Virus record (IMG/VR): IMGVR_UViG_3300030433_001358
Coordinates: 19,876-83,875 of that record
Length of the DNA: 64,000 bases
From: a virus
Taxonomy: Duplodnaviria; Caudoviricetes
Reading direction: 5' to 3' (one strand)
Shown one piece after another: positions 1 through 10,129 of the stretch. Positions within the stretch are counted from its first letter, which is position 1; every line of letters begins with the position of its first letter. The translations under genes and the position numbers were made by a program. A model generated the notes under the pieces. That model saw only the letters and a program-made list of their open reading frames with translations, was not told where the DNA came from and made no database searches.

Positions 1-68
1 ACCGCTTAATAAAGCTAATGAGGGGCGGGGAGATTAGTTCTCCCCCTTCCTTAATATAAGGAGTCCCT

Positions 69-521
69 ATGGCTTTAACCCCAATCCAACAAGTTAGGTT
101 GCTAATTGGCCTAACTGCCAGCAGTCCTTTTATTGACCTTGTTGATCTAACAGACGAAGAAATCCAATGGTTCTTGGATCATAATGGTGGGAGTGTTATT
201 GCCGCTGCAAAGATGGCTGCTATTGCAGTATCTTTTCAGGTCACAGGAATAAATACCCGTGAAATCACGGGCGATATTCATGTGTATAATGACTTGTCAA
301 GTCAATACCTAAAAGCACTGGATAATTTCATCAAAGACGCTTCAGCGTATACTCTCCCTAACGGTCTTATGCCTTACGCTGCTGGGATTAGTTGGCAAGA
401 CGTTTGTGATAATAACAACACACCTGACAATGTAAGACCAGCGTTATCTAAGATTCAAGTTTGTGACGGGAAGGGATTGTTTTATTCTGATCCGTTTAAC
501 TCTGAATCTTGTGGTTGCTAA
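69..521 (+). CDS. Putative head-tail adaptor/connector protein
   Basis: 150 aa; N-terminal 'QQVRLLIG...LTDEEIQWFL' adaptor-like motif; first gene of the neck cluster. Confidence 0.6.
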   Translation: MALTPIQQVRLLIGLTASSPFIDLVDLTDEEIQWFLDHNGGSVIAAAKMAAIAVSFQVTGINTREITGDIHVYNDLSSQYLKALDNFIKDASAYTLPNGLMPYAAGISWQDVCDNNNTPDNVRPALSKIQVCDGKGLFYSDPFNSESCGC

Positions 522-523
522 CC

Positions 524-1009
524 ATGATCACATCAGATAAGAGAGTGTGGGAACGTCTTAAAAAGAACTTCCTTAAACAAGAACAAACTAAATTGAACTT
601 GGGTTGGTTTGAATCTGACAGGTATGGTCCTGAGAATGACAACCTCCCTATGGCTCAGGTAGCTAAATGGAACGAGGAAGGTCACAACAACGGGGAAGGA
701 AGTCTTGTTCCCGGTGCTGAAACTCCTCCACGTCCTTTCATGCGTGTAGGGCTTAGGAAAGAGCTTAAAGCTGGATCAAACGATAAAGAGTTTAAGAAGA
801 TTGTTCAAGCTGTTGCAGAAGGGAAGTCGGTATTCCAACCAATGCGTGAATCTGGTTCTGCCTTCAGAAGAACTTTACAAGAGACAATGATGAGGTGGGA
901 TACACCCCCTAACGCTGATTTCACTATCGACCTAAAAGGTTTTGACGATCCGTTGTACCGCACAGGGCAACTTATTAGTAGTGTCGGATTTAAAGTAGGA
1001 GAAGATTAA
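524..1009 (+). CDS. Neck/tail-completion type virion morphogenesis protein
   Basis: 'VAKWNEEG...TPPRPFMR...PPNA...KGFDDPLYRTGQL' pattern of myovirus neck proteins; start refined to ATG 524. Confidence 0.55.
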   Translation: MITSDKRVWERLKKNFLKQEQTKLNLGWFESDRYGPENDNLPMAQVAKWNEEGHNNGEGSLVPGAETPPRPFMRVGLRKELKAGSNDKEFKKIVQAVAEGKSVFQPMRESGSAFRRTLQETMMRWDTPPNADFTIDLKGFDDPLYRTGQLISSVGFKVGED

Positions 1010-1371
1010 TGCTAAAACCAAAGTTTCTCCTAACTAAGAAAATCCCCCTCACTATCTACAGGGTTGGTCTTGGTAGTTGGGTGGATGGTAAGTGGGTGGA
1101 AGGAAGTGAAACACAGGTGCAAATTGAAGTAAACATCCAACCATTCAAAAACCATGAGTTGATGATGCTCCCTGAATCAGAGCGTTCCCGTAAGTGGTAC
1201 AAACTCTATTCTGCTGATGAGATACGCACTCTTAACGAAGGTGAGAATGGGAGTGATGAGTTTATCTTTGAAGGTGAGCGTTATCGTGTAATGTCCACTC
1301 GCAGGTTTTCTATGGGCACATTGGATCATTGGAAGGCTACTGCTGCTAGAATCCCTCTTACTCCGAATTGA
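1009..1371 (+). CDS. Putative head-closure (stopper) protein
   Basis: 120 aa beta-rich protein with 'GSWVDGKWVEG' and 'DEFIFEGERYRV'; position in neck cluster. Confidence 0.55.
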   Translation: MLKPKFLLTKKIPLTIYRVGLGSWVDGKWVEGSETQVQIEVNIQPFKNHELMMLPESERSRKWYKLYSADEIRTLNEGENGSDEFIFEGERYRVMSTRRFSMGTLDHWKATAARIPLTPN

Positions 1372-1380
1372 GGATAATGA

Positions 1381-1914
1381 ATGACAATTTATTCCAACCT
1401 TGAGACGGCTGTAAGGAATGTTTGTTTGGTTGCAAATAACAACTATCCAAACATGCTGATGAATTTTTCTCACCAAGGGGGAAGTGAACCTGTAACATCT
1501 TATGCCTCTATTAACATCCTAGATATGCAACAGATGGGTCATCACTCCACACCTGCACTAACAAACCAACTAAAACAACTTGATATTCGTGTTGCTTACG
1601 AAGTAATGGTTCAGATTAGCTTCTTTGGAACAGATGCTGGAGATGCTTCACATCTATTCACTAACGCTGTAAATAACAACCCTCTTGTTCTAGAAGCAAT
1701 GCAACAAAACAATCTAGGATTGATGAGAAAGTCTACATTAAGACGTAATCCCCAGAAGAGGGATAGTCAGTGGGTAGATTCTTTCAATATAGATTTAACA
1801 TTTAGCTATATCATTAACACAGCTCAACTCGTAGATGTTGTTGAAGCAGTGATAATTCAAGATGAGTATTCGGGGGATGTTTTTACAGTACCTCCTGATG
1901 CTGTAACCCCATAA
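1381..1914 (+). CDS. Putative tail terminator/completion protein
   Basis: 177 aa immediately upstream of the sheath gene. Confidence 0.55.
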   Translation: MTIYSNLETAVRNVCLVANNNYPNMLMNFSHQGGSEPVTSYASINILDMQQMGHHSTPALTNQLKQLDIRVAYEVMVQISFFGTDAGDASHLFTNAVNNNPLVLEAMQQNNLGLMRKSTLRRNPQKRDSQWVDSFNIDLTFSYIINTAQLVDVVEAVIIQDEYSGDVFTVPPDAVTP

Positions 1915-1935
1915 TAAAATAATAGGATAGTATAC

Positions 1936-3225
1936 ATGAGTGACTTGAATGACGTAGTTCAGGTGGTGATCTATGATCAGTCCACTGCTATCGCCACAAC
2001 CTCTTTCTCAATTCCCCTAATTCTCTCTACCTTTACAGATTTCTCTGAGCGTACTCGCACTTATACCGGCATCACTGGTGTAGGTGAAGATTTCAGCTCA
2101 ACGTCACCAGTGTACAAAATGGCAGAAAAGCTATTTGGTCAAGCTGGTGTTCTCGGGGCTATTCCTCCGAGCATTGTTGTTGGTCGTCGTCAAGTTGATG
2201 AAGTAACTATCACCCCGACAGTAGCTAACAACCAAACATATACAGTTACCTTGAACGGTGTTGATTACAATTATACCTCAGATGCTGATGCAACTGCTGC
2301 TGAAATTGCAACTGGTCTTGTAACAGCAATTGGTGTTGTTTCTGGTATTACTGTTACCGACAATACTGGTTCTCTGACTGTAGAGGTTACTACTCCCGGT
2401 GATGCTTGGAGTATTACTGTTTCTAGTAACCTAGTTAAAGTTGATACCACTCCCACTGAGACTTGGGTGGAAGCTCTTGAGGCTGTAGAGCAAGAGAATG
2501 ACAGTTGGTATTGCCTTGTTTCTGATGTTCAAACCACTGCTGATCAAGAAGCTCTTTCTGACGCTATTCAAGCTCGTGAGAAGATTTATGGTCTGAGTTC
2601 TGCTGATGCTGTAGCTCCCACCACTGGTACTACCGACATTGGTTATCTGCTTAACGCTAAGTCTGCCGCACGTACATTCGGTGTTTATTCTCCAACTGCT
2701 GCAACTGAATATCCAGAAGCTGCTTGGGTGGGTAGTCAACTAGCCGTAACTCCCGGTAGCAATGATTGGGATTTCAAACGGGCCAATGGTGTTACTGTTA
2801 GCAAACTAAGCTCCACTGCAATCACCAACCTGAAAGCTAAGAGCTGGAACTACTACATTGCCAAAGCTGGTGTAAACATTTTCCAGAATGGTGATATGTT
2901 TGATGGTAAGCCAATCGACACGGCTGTAGGTAAAGACTGGCTGAAAGCACGACTGCAAGAAGCTGTGTATTTCCGCATGATTAACGTACTCAAGATTCCG
3001 CTGACTGATCCCGGTCTTCTGATTATTGAGAATGAAATCCGCTCTGTAATGGCTCAAGCAGAGTCTAATGGTCTTGTTGACACTGGTTGGACTGTTTCTA
3101 CTCCTCCTGTTTCAAGCATCCCTGAGAATCTTCGTGCTCAACGTACTGCCGGTGTGTTTGTTATCCGTGCCCGTCTTGCTGGTGCAGTTCGTAAAGTAGA
3201 CATCGAAGTTTACCTTTCAGTATAA
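1936..3225 (+). CDS. Contractile tail sheath protein (DUF3383-like)
   Basis: 429 aa; 'YPEAAWVG', 'DWLKARLQE', 'ARLAGAVRKV' sheath motifs; synteny. Confidence 0.9.
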   Translation: MSDLNDVVQVVIYDQSTAIATTSFSIPLILSTFTDFSERTRTYTGITGVGEDFSSTSPVYKMAEKLFGQAGVLGAIPPSIVVGRRQVDEVTITPTVANNQTYTVTLNGVDYNYTSDADATAAEIATGLVTAIGVVSGITVTDNTGSLTVEVTTPGDAWSITVSSNLVKVDTTPTETWVEALEAVEQENDSWYCLVSDVQTTADQEALSDAIQAREKIYGLSSADAVAPTTGTTDIGYLLNAKSAARTFGVYSPTAATEYPEAAWVGSQLAVTPGSNDWDFKRANGVTVSKLSSTAITNLKAKSWNYYIAKAGVNIFQNGDMFDGKPIDTAVGKDWLKARLQEAVYFRMINVLKIPLTDPGLLIIENEIRSVMAQAESNGLVDTGWTVSTPPVSSIPENLRAQRTAGVFVIRARLAGAVRKVDIEVYLSV

Positions 3226-3237
3226 TAGGAGAATAAA

Positions 3238-3774
3238 ATGGCAGTTATCGGAAATTACAGTCCAGACGACTACACAGTAGTTATCTCTGTTCCGGGTAAA
3301 AACTTCACTCACCGAATCACTGGGTTCTCTGAAGGAAGTTTCATTTCAATGGAACGTCTTGTTCCAACCTCAAGTGCATACCAAGGGGTCGGTGCAAAAT
3401 CACAGGGTCGCGTGAAACGTAAAATCACTTCTCTCTCTGTAACCATTACACTTAGTCAACTATCAAGCTCTAATGATGTGTTGCAAGCCTTGCAAGCAGC
3501 AGATGCCCAAGACTCTACAAGTAATGAGTGGGTGTTTTCTTGCACTATGGCAGACCTCTCTGGTACTCATAAAGTATCAACCAATACGGCCATCATCCAA
3601 GCACCAGCTACTAAAGCCTTTGGTGACACTATTGATAGCCGTGACTGGGTGATTCACATGTTTGACTCCAATGAAGAGGGTGGCGGTAACATGCTTCTCT
3701 CTGAGGCAGAAGTTGCATCTATTACTGCTGCGGGCGGTACTGTAGACGACCGTTGGAAACTGAGCAATCAATAA
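3238..3774 (+). CDS. Tail tube protein (DUF3277-like)
   Basis: 'YSPDDYTVVI...ITGFSEGSFI...VTITLSQLSSSNDVL'; follows sheath. Confidence 0.75.
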   Translation: MAVIGNYSPDDYTVVISVPGKNFTHRITGFSEGSFISMERLVPTSSAYQGVGAKSQGRVKRKITSLSVTITLSQLSSSNDVLQALQAADAQDSTSNEWVFSCTMADLSGTHKVSTNTAIIQAPATKAFGDTIDSRDWVIHMFDSNEEGGGNMLLSEAEVASITAAGGTVDDRWKLSNQ

Positions 3775-3775
3775 A

Positions 3776-3796
3776 TAGAGGGGAGAAATCCCCTCT
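3776..3796 (+). terminator. Hairpin after tail tube gene
   Basis: agagggga GAAA tcccctct perfect 8-bp stem, weak U-tract. Confidence 0.45.
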
Positions 3797-3812
3797 TACA
3801 AGGAGTATATGA

Positions 3813-4307
3813 ATGTTTAATTACGCTCCTGATGAAGTGAATGTAGTTGTTGCTGGGTTTATTCCTTTAGTCGGTTTTGTTGACGGAACATTTATTGAGA
3901 TTAGTAAAGATGTTCCTCCGTTCACTTCAAACACCACATCAGATGGATTTGTAAGTAGGGTGTATAACAACAGTCCTGTGTATACTCTAAAGATCACGTT
4001 GATTGCTGCTAGTAATTCAAATCAAGTGATGGACAAGTTGTGGAAGATTGATCAGATTACACAAAAGGGAAAGTTCCCTATTATCATTAAAGATCAATCT
4101 GGTAGTGATTTGTTTTTTAGCACTACAGCTTGGATTGAAGACCCACCAAACATGGTTAAAGGTACGACCATTGAAGGTAATGTTTGGACATTGAAGTGCA
4201 GCCAAGCAATTATCAACTTTGGTGGTAATGAGGAAGTATCGTCTCTTGTAGATGATCTGGCTAATGCTGCTATTGCTTCATTACCAATTCTTGAGGGGAT
4301 TATTTAA
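3813..4307 (+). CDS. Tail tube-like protein (DUF3277 paralogue)
   Basis: 'YAPDEVNVVV...GFVDGTFI...ITLIAASNSN' parallels the tube protein. Confidence 0.6.
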   Translation: MFNYAPDEVNVVVAGFIPLVGFVDGTFIEISKDVPPFTSNTTSDGFVSRVYNNSPVYTLKITLIAASNSNQVMDKLWKIDQITQKGKFPIIIKDQSGSDLFFSTTAWIEDPPNMVKGTTIEGNVWTLKCSQAIINFGGNEEVSSLVDDLANAAIASLPILEGII

Positions 4308-4792
4308 TGGCTCAAATGCAAGTCACTACATACAGCCCTCAAGACGTTAAGTTGGTGATTGGTGGATACACTATTGTAGGGTGGGATAGTATTACAATCT
4401 CGCGTCTACAAGAGACATTCAAAGTGATTAGGGGGATTAGGGGGAAACATACAAGGGTGAGTAGTGGGGATACATCAGCTACCCTCACTGTTAGTCTTGT
4501 TCAAACATCCCCTAGTAATTCATTCCTCACAGAGGTTCATCGTCTTGATGAAGAAAGAGGAACAGGACGACTAGAACTTACGCTGAAAGATAATTCTGGA
4601 ACAAGTGTGTTTAACAGTAATGAGGCTTACATTGTAAGCTATCCAGAAGCTACAAATACTGCTGGAATTGAAATGCGTAATTGGAATATCTTTTGCCAGA
4701 CAACAGGAAGTTATGTTGTTGGCGGCAATACCAAAGCAGAGACAACTATTGTAGATGCTTTGGCTGGTGTTATTGGTGGTAACATTTTTTAA
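4307..4792 (+). CDS. Tail tube-like protein (DUF3277 paralogue)
   Basis: 'YSPQDVKLVI...LTVSLVQTSPSN' parallels the tube protein. Confidence 0.6.
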   Translation: MAQMQVTTYSPQDVKLVIGGYTIVGWDSITISRLQETFKVIRGIRGKHTRVSSGDTSATLTVSLVQTSPSNSFLTEVHRLDEERGTGRLELTLKDNSGTSVFNSNEAYIVSYPEATNTAGIEMRNWNIFCQTTGSYVVGGNTKAETTIVDALAGVIGGNIF

Positions 4793-4816
4793 TTTTCTAT
4801 TTTATCCGAGGTAAAT

Positions 4817-5146
4817 ATGAGTAAGATTGATTTGAGCAGTATTGCTCTCGATCAAGATGAAGTTGAGGTTGATGGTGTAGTGTATATGCTCACTGCCCTC
4901 CCTGCAACAGAAGGCTTGAAGTTTCTTGAACAATATCAAGAACAGCTAGATACAGGTAAAGTTGATCTGTCTGTGATGAAACATTTAGTATGTAAGTCAG
5001 TGACAAAAGATAATAAAGTTATCTCTGACAAGACTTTTGACGTAATGTTCGCTCGTAAGCTGGGTCATCTTCGTAATCTATTCCAAGAGATTCTTCAGTA
5101 CAACTTTAGCGACATTTTCGGAACGAGCGATGGAGACGAGGAGTAA
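4817..5146 (+). CDS. Tail assembly chaperone (G-like)
   Basis: 109 aa acidic protein two ORFs upstream of the tape measure gene. Confidence 0.7.
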   Translation: MSKIDLSSIALDQDEVEVDGVVYMLTALPATEGLKFLEQYQEQLDTGKVDLSVMKHLVCKSVTKDNKVISDKTFDVMFARKLGHLRNLFQEILQYNFSDIFGTSDGDEE

Positions 5147-5376
5147 GTCCATCGCCAAGACACCCATCTCCTCTTGAAAAAGATATTGAAAATAAGTTTT
5201 CCCAACGATGGGAAATCTATAGGGTGGTTACACACGAGCTTGGTGGTTTGCATCTACTTCCGTTGTTTAGTACGTCAATATCTGTAAAGCAGTTGTTTGA
5301 CATATTAGAAATCATTGAAGTCCACGATGCCTTGAAAGAACAAGCATACGAAAAAGCTAAAAACAATAAGGGTTAG
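5110..5376 (+). CDS. Unannotated -1 frame extension of tail assembly chaperone (GT-like)
   Basis: Open -1 frame with no ATG (...SPLEKDIENKFSQRWEIYRVVTHELGG...VKQLFDILEIIEVHDALKEQAYEKAKNNKG*) filling the gap up to the TMP start. Confidence 0.65.
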   Translation, partial: RHFRNERWRRGVSPSPRHPSPLEKDIENKFSQRWEIYRVVTHELGGLHLLPLFSTSISVKQLFDILEIIEVHDALKEQAYEKAKNNKG

Positions 5377-5378
5377 TC

Positions 5379-7301
5379 ATGCCTGCCATCGCAAATTATT
5401 ATGCTAGTCTTGGTTTCAGGGTAGATAAGAAAGAGCTTCGTAAAGTTGATACTCACCTGAAAAAGATTGAGCGTAGACTTAAAAGGTTTAGTAAAGGTGT
5501 TGATAATGGGATGCGTCTCAAGATTGACCTCAAGAACTTCGATGTTGATGAACGTAAGTTACGGATGACTCTCGGTAATGCTTTTGACAGAATTAGTCAA
5601 GGGTTAGTATTTCAGATTAACAAGTTTGCTGTAAACGAAAGAAATCTTAGAGCTTCGATGTTGAGGGCCGCAAGACGTGTTGGTGATATTCCTGTAAATG
5701 CTAATGTAAGAGATATAGGTGGTGTAAACCACAGGACGGCTCTGGGTGCTGGTGGTATAGCTGGTATGACTTCCAGCTTGTATTATGGAGCTATGCGTCC
5801 TGCTTTTGTGGCTGGTGCAGCTATGTATGGGCTAGGTCGTGTTAATAGAATGAACCAAGAAGTTGTTTCTGCACAACTCCAAACTCAGGCCGTTGCTCAG
5901 GCTTATGGTGGTACAGCAGCTCAAGGGGAAGCTAACTTCAATTGGTTACGGGAGCAGGCAGATCGTGTAGGCTTTTCCTATATGGATGCTTCCAGTGACT
6001 TTAATATGCTGACTTCCAACCTTCTAGGTACTGGTGCAACAAATGAAGAAGCCCGTCAAGTCTTCATGGGTTTTTCTGAATATGGTCGCGTAAACAAGTT
6101 GTCAAACGCTAGGCAGAACTTAGTGTTCAACGCCTTGGGTCAGATCGCAGGTAAGAATGCCCTGCAAGCAGAAGAATTGACAAAGCAGTTGGGTAACAGC
6201 TTACCCGGTGCAAAGTCTATTTTTGCTGAGGCATGGCAGAGGAAAACAGGAGGCCGTTTACAAGGACAACAGGCAATTGCTGCTCTTGAAGAAGCCATGC
6301 AGAAAGGTTTGGTTAAGGGAGATATCCTAACAATCGCTGCCCAGATTGCTTCGGAGATGGCCCAACCCGGATTGTCTGCTGCGTCCAGAGCATCTCAAGC
6401 AGAACAGAATAGATTTAGAAACATGGTGGCCAATTCTTCCATCATAGCCTCTGATAACGGTCTTGAGCAAGGATACGCCCGGTTATTCAGATCAATGACT
6501 GTAGCTCTAAAAGAAGCAGAACCTACTATTGTAGCAATCTCAAAAGCCTTCAATGAAATTAGTAAAGTAGCATCTGCAATCATCCTAATTCCCCAGTCTA
6601 TCAGACGTGCATTTGAAGGAAGAGATAGTCTTGTAGCTGATCTTCTAGGAGAAGAGAATGTTCAACTTCTCAAGTCATTTACAGAAGGCTTGTCTGATAT
6701 TACAAGTGACTTGAAGGGAATCTTAACAACTGCTGTTGAAGGGTGGAAATTACTTTTCAATGAGTTTGGAGATGAAATCTTAGCTGTAATCACAAGCATG
6801 ACTAATGTTTTGCGTTATTCCATTAAGGCACTGAACCAAGGGTTGAGTGGTGATATATCAGGGATGAATAACTCCCTTAGGGCTGTACGTGGTTCTCTTG
6901 CAGGTATGTCTCCAACAGAAGTTGCACAAATCGCCCAAGGGCAAGGAGAAACACCGAGTCTGGCTTCTATGGCTGCTGGCTATTATGGAATGATTTTGCA
7001 AAACAGTCCTCCGGGTCAAGCATGGGAGAGAATGGTTAAACCTGCTTGGCAATATGGTCTTGCTTCTGTTGTTGGACCGGGATATTCCAAAGACGTTCCT
7101 TGGATGGCTAAGCGCTGGGAAGATTATTACAATCAGCAGAATATGGCTAACGGCAATAACACAGAAGTCACTTTCGGTCCTAATAGTCTTATCATCCAAA
7201 CACAAGCTACTGATGCTGAGGGTATTGCAAGAGATTTGAAGCCTGCCCTGAACAGTCTAATTGGCGAAGAACTCCTCATGTGGGGTCAAGGAGAGAACTA
7301 A
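5379..7301 (+). CDS. Tape measure protein
   Basis: 640 aa Ala/Gly-rich helical protein; 'LQAEELTKQLGNSLPGA' tape-measure domain motif; position. Confidence 0.9.
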   Translation: MPAIANYYASLGFRVDKKELRKVDTHLKKIERRLKRFSKGVDNGMRLKIDLKNFDVDERKLRMTLGNAFDRISQGLVFQINKFAVNERNLRASMLRAARRVGDIPVNANVRDIGGVNHRTALGAGGIAGMTSSLYYGAMRPAFVAGAAMYGLGRVNRMNQEVVSAQLQTQAVAQAYGGTAAQGEANFNWLREQADRVGFSYMDASSDFNMLTSNLLGTGATNEEARQVFMGFSEYGRVNKLSNARQNLVFNALGQIAGKNALQAEELTKQLGNSLPGAKSIFAEAWQRKTGGRLQGQQAIAALEEAMQKGLVKGDILTIAAQIASEMAQPGLSAASRASQAEQNRFRNMVANSSIIASDNGLEQGYARLFRSMTVALKEAEPTIVAISKAFNEISKVASAIILIPQSIRRAFEGRDSLVADLLGEENVQLLKSFTEGLSDITSDLKGILTTAVEGWKLLFNEFGDEILAVITSMTNVLRYSIKALNQGLSGDISGMNNSLRAVRGSLAGMSPTEVAQIAQGQGETPSLASMAAGYYGMILQNSPPGQAWERMVKPAWQYGLASVVGPGYSKDVPWMAKRWEDYYNQQNMANGNNTEVTFGPNSLIIQTQATDAEGIARDLKPALNSLIGEELLMWGQGEN

Positions 7302-8107
7302 TGTCTTTAGCCCTAAAATGGGGAGATAATAACACAGAGGATGGCGGGTTTATCTTCTTTGATGCTATTACAGCATACTCCCAAAATTATAGTGGTCAGG
7401 TAACTAAACATCCTATTGATGCTGGTGCTTCTGTTGTAGATCATTATGTTAAGAATAACCCTGTCTTCACTCTGTCTGCTGTTATTACAGGGGTGGATGT
7501 GTCTACAGGGTCTTATCTTATCCAAGACACGGAAGGGAATACTCCTGTCAACACAAGACCTGCACCTTCTGCTGTATCTGTAAACTCAACAAACGATAGT
7601 ATTCTTTCTCAATACCTTCCAAGTTCTATTGGGCAGTTTCTTCCATTTTCAACTCCGAACGTAGTAATGGATGAGGCACGAGAAGAACTGATTGACCAGA
7701 TCAGAGATGCTTTGATTGATCTTACGTCTGGTAGTAGGTTTAATGAGCAGACAGATCAAGTTGAAAGTAATATTCAGTTGGTAAAACTCTTTGAATATAA
7801 AGAGACATTCCTGAACAGAGTGGTGAATAATCTAGTTATCACCAATATTAAGTTTAATGAAGTAGCTGATACAGGTTATGCCTTGTATTGTGATATTACT
7901 TTTGAACAAGTGATGTTCGCCTCTCTCAGACTGGAAGAGATTCCCAAGGATGTACAAGAAGCTCTAAGACCAAGAGCAAGTACAAGGCGTTCACAAGGGA
8001 TGTGCGATAGTACAGAGAGAAACACAGAAGACCCAGACAACACAGACCCAGACTCTAAGAAAGAGGCTATTGAGGACTCTGATCCATTACGGACAGTAGG
8101 AGAATAA
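7301..8107 (+). CDS. Baseplate/tail-tube initiator-type protein
   Basis: 'FDAITAYSQNYSGQVTKHPIDAGASVVDH' typical of post-TMP proteins; start refined to 7301. Confidence 0.55.
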   Translation: MSLALKWGDNNTEDGGFIFFDAITAYSQNYSGQVTKHPIDAGASVVDHYVKNNPVFTLSAVITGVDVSTGSYLIQDTEGNTPVNTRPAPSAVSVNSTNDSILSQYLPSSIGQFLPFSTPNVVMDEAREELIDQIRDALIDLTSGSRFNEQTDQVESNIQLVKLFEYKETFLNRVVNNLVITNIKFNEVADTGYALYCDITFEQVMFASLRLEEIPKDVQEALRPRASTRRSQGMCDSTERNTEDPDNTDPDSKKEAIEDSDPLRTVGE

Positions 8108-8109
8108 TA

Positions 8110-8442
8110 TTGGTTATTTATGTAGATATTCCAATTATCCAGTATCCTCATTATGACTTGTCTATTTCTTTAGAGGGTAACTCTTACATTCTTGAGTTTA
8201 AGTATGTTGAGAGGATGGGGTTGTACACACTCTCTCTCTATGATGCTGAACGTAATCCGATCATTCTTGGCTCTGCTGTTGTTCCTGAATATCCTATGTT
8301 TGCAGACTACGCTATCCCAAATCTCTCAGGGTACTTCCTACTTACAAGTAAAGGTAACGTAGGTCCAGAGCCATACAAGCTGTACCCAGAAAATATCAAT
8401 GAATACTACTATATGGTTTATGTTTATAACGCGGAGGAATAA
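8110..8442 (+). CDS. Baseplate protein
   Basis: 'LSISLEGNSYILEFKY...YTLSLYDA...I' motif; synteny; TTG start. Confidence 0.5.
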   Translation: MVIYVDIPIIQYPHYDLSISLEGNSYILEFKYVERMGLYTLSLYDAERNPIILGSAVVPEYPMFADYAIPNLSGYFLLTSKGNVGPEPYKLYPENINEYYYMVYVYNAEE

Positions 8443-9341
8443 TGGTTGAAGTTAATAAGCTCTACCAAGTAAACCGCGTTTACAGATTCCAAGTAGGGGA
8501 TGCTATTACAGGGCAAGGTCTTGATCTTAGTCAACACCAAGTAACTTTCGATATCAGTAAAACTTCAGACAATACTAACAAGACAAACTCTGCAAGTATT
8601 GAAGTTTATAACTTGTCTGACGAACATTTGAAAGTTGTTGATATTGATTATCCTGCTGCTGTGTTTGAATGTGGATACAGAGATATTGGTATTAAGAGGT
8701 TGTTTGCTGGTAAGGTTGCAGATATTACCACACGTAAAAGTGGTACAGATAGGGTCACACAGTTTGTCCTTGGTTCTGCATACACAGAGATTAACCACAA
8801 TCTAATGTCATCTTTGGTTGCTCCGGGCAGGACAGTACAAGATGTAGCGGAAGATATTCGTAAAGCTATCCCCGGTGTTAATCGCGGTGTATACAATGGA
8901 ACCAATCTAACCAATCCCATTCTTTATGGTTATCCTCTGCAAGGTACTCCACGTCACATGCTAGATGAACTGGCTAAGAAGTATAGTCTAGAGTGGCAGA
9001 TTGACGATGATGTTCTATATGTCCATGATAACGATAGAGCAAATACAGAGAACTTTGAACAAGCCTATGTTGTGTCTAAGTTTACAGGTTTGATTGAAAA
9101 TGCTTACCGCGTAAGTGGAGACTCAAGGCGTTCTTCAAGAGACAAAGCAAAGAAACCTGCTGTTCAATGGAAGATGCTACTTAACCCAGATATTGTTTGT
9201 GGTTCAATTGTTAAGTTGGAAGACACTCTCCTTTCTGGTTGGTATAAAGTGACCTCACTACGGCACTATGGAGACTTCAGAGGTACTAACTGGTACACAG
9301 ATATTCGGGCAGAAGCCATCACAAAAGTTAATAAGTTTTAG
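8442..9341 (+). CDS. Baseplate hub protein
   Basis: 299 aa; 'FDISKT...NSASIEVYNLS...LEWQIDDDVL...LLNPDI...G.YKV..LRHYGDFRG'. Confidence 0.75.
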   Translation: MVEVNKLYQVNRVYRFQVGDAITGQGLDLSQHQVTFDISKTSDNTNKTNSASIEVYNLSDEHLKVVDIDYPAAVFECGYRDIGIKRLFAGKVADITTRKSGTDRVTQFVLGSAYTEINHNLMSSLVAPGRTVQDVAEDIRKAIPGVNRGVYNGTNLTNPILYGYPLQGTPRHMLDELAKKYSLEWQIDDDVLYVHDNDRANTENFEQAYVVSKFTGLIENAYRVSGDSRRSSRDKAKKPAVQWKMLLNPDIVCGSIVKLEDTLLSGWYKVTSLRHYGDFRGTNWYTDIRAEAITKVNKF

Positions 9342-9349
9342 AGGCTAAT

Positions 9350-10120
9350 ATGAGCGATAAACAAGGCACTCTACAAGAGCTTCTAGTGGCCTCCTTTAAC
9401 TACCAAACAGATAACCTATACACCGCTATTCCTTGCATCGTTATCGCTGTCAGAGAGGCTGGTGACACTGCTCTCGTGGACATTCAGCCTACAGTCAATC
9501 AAAGATTAGTAGATGGAACTGTAAGTGAAAGAGCACCTATCCTTGGTGTTCCTGTTAGCTTCCCTATCAGTAGTGATGCTGGAGTAATATTCCCTATCAA
9601 AGTTGGTACTACAGGCACTGCTATCTTCTCTATGAGAAGTATTGAGTCTTGGAAAGCTGGGAACGGTAGACCACGTTCACCAACAGTACAGTCTAAGTTT
9701 GATAAGAGTGATGCCATCTTCTTTCCCGGTATTCAACCCCCCGGTGTAACTATAGTTAATCCTACTAAACATGTATGGTCTCACACCAACGAAGATGTTG
9801 TTGTATTCAACAATGTAGGGTCTGGTACAGAGAATGAAGTGCGATTGAAGGCTTCTGGTGAGATAGTGATTAACACAAACCAGAATGTATCTGTTAATTG
9901 TAATAATGCCTCTATCACTGCTCAAGGTGAAGTAGCGATTGATTGTTCTAATTTTGATCTAACGGCAGATACAGCAACCTTTGCTATTGGGAACACAACA
10001 TGGCAAGGAACCTTCACTGGCAATGGTGCCAGCTTCACATTCAATGGTCTTGAGTACAACACACACTATCACACCAATGTTTCACCGGGTAGTGGTAATT
10101 CTGGTGGTCCTGTTAGCTAA
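9350..10120 (+). CDS. Baseplate central spike (gpV/Gp138-like)
   Basis: OB-fold N-terminus 'TAIPCIVI...VDIQP', beta-helix repeats and terminal HxH 'THYH' iron-binding tip. Confidence 0.8.
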   Translation: MSDKQGTLQELLVASFNYQTDNLYTAIPCIVIAVREAGDTALVDIQPTVNQRLVDGTVSERAPILGVPVSFPISSDAGVIFPIKVGTTGTAIFSMRSIESWKAGNGRPRSPTVQSKFDKSDAIFFPGIQPPGVTIVNPTKHVWSHTNEDVVVFNNVGSGTENEVRLKASGEIVINTNQNVSVNCNNASITAQGEVAIDCSNFDLTADTATFAIGNTTWQGTFTGNGASFTFNGLEYNTHYHTNVSPGSGNSGGPVS

Positions 10121-10129
10121 GGAGATTTA

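Noticed and set aside
5144-5290. Stop-codon readthrough of the tail chaperone
   Set aside because: The in-frame continuation is short and not protein-like, whereas the -1 frame runs cleanly to the TMP start.
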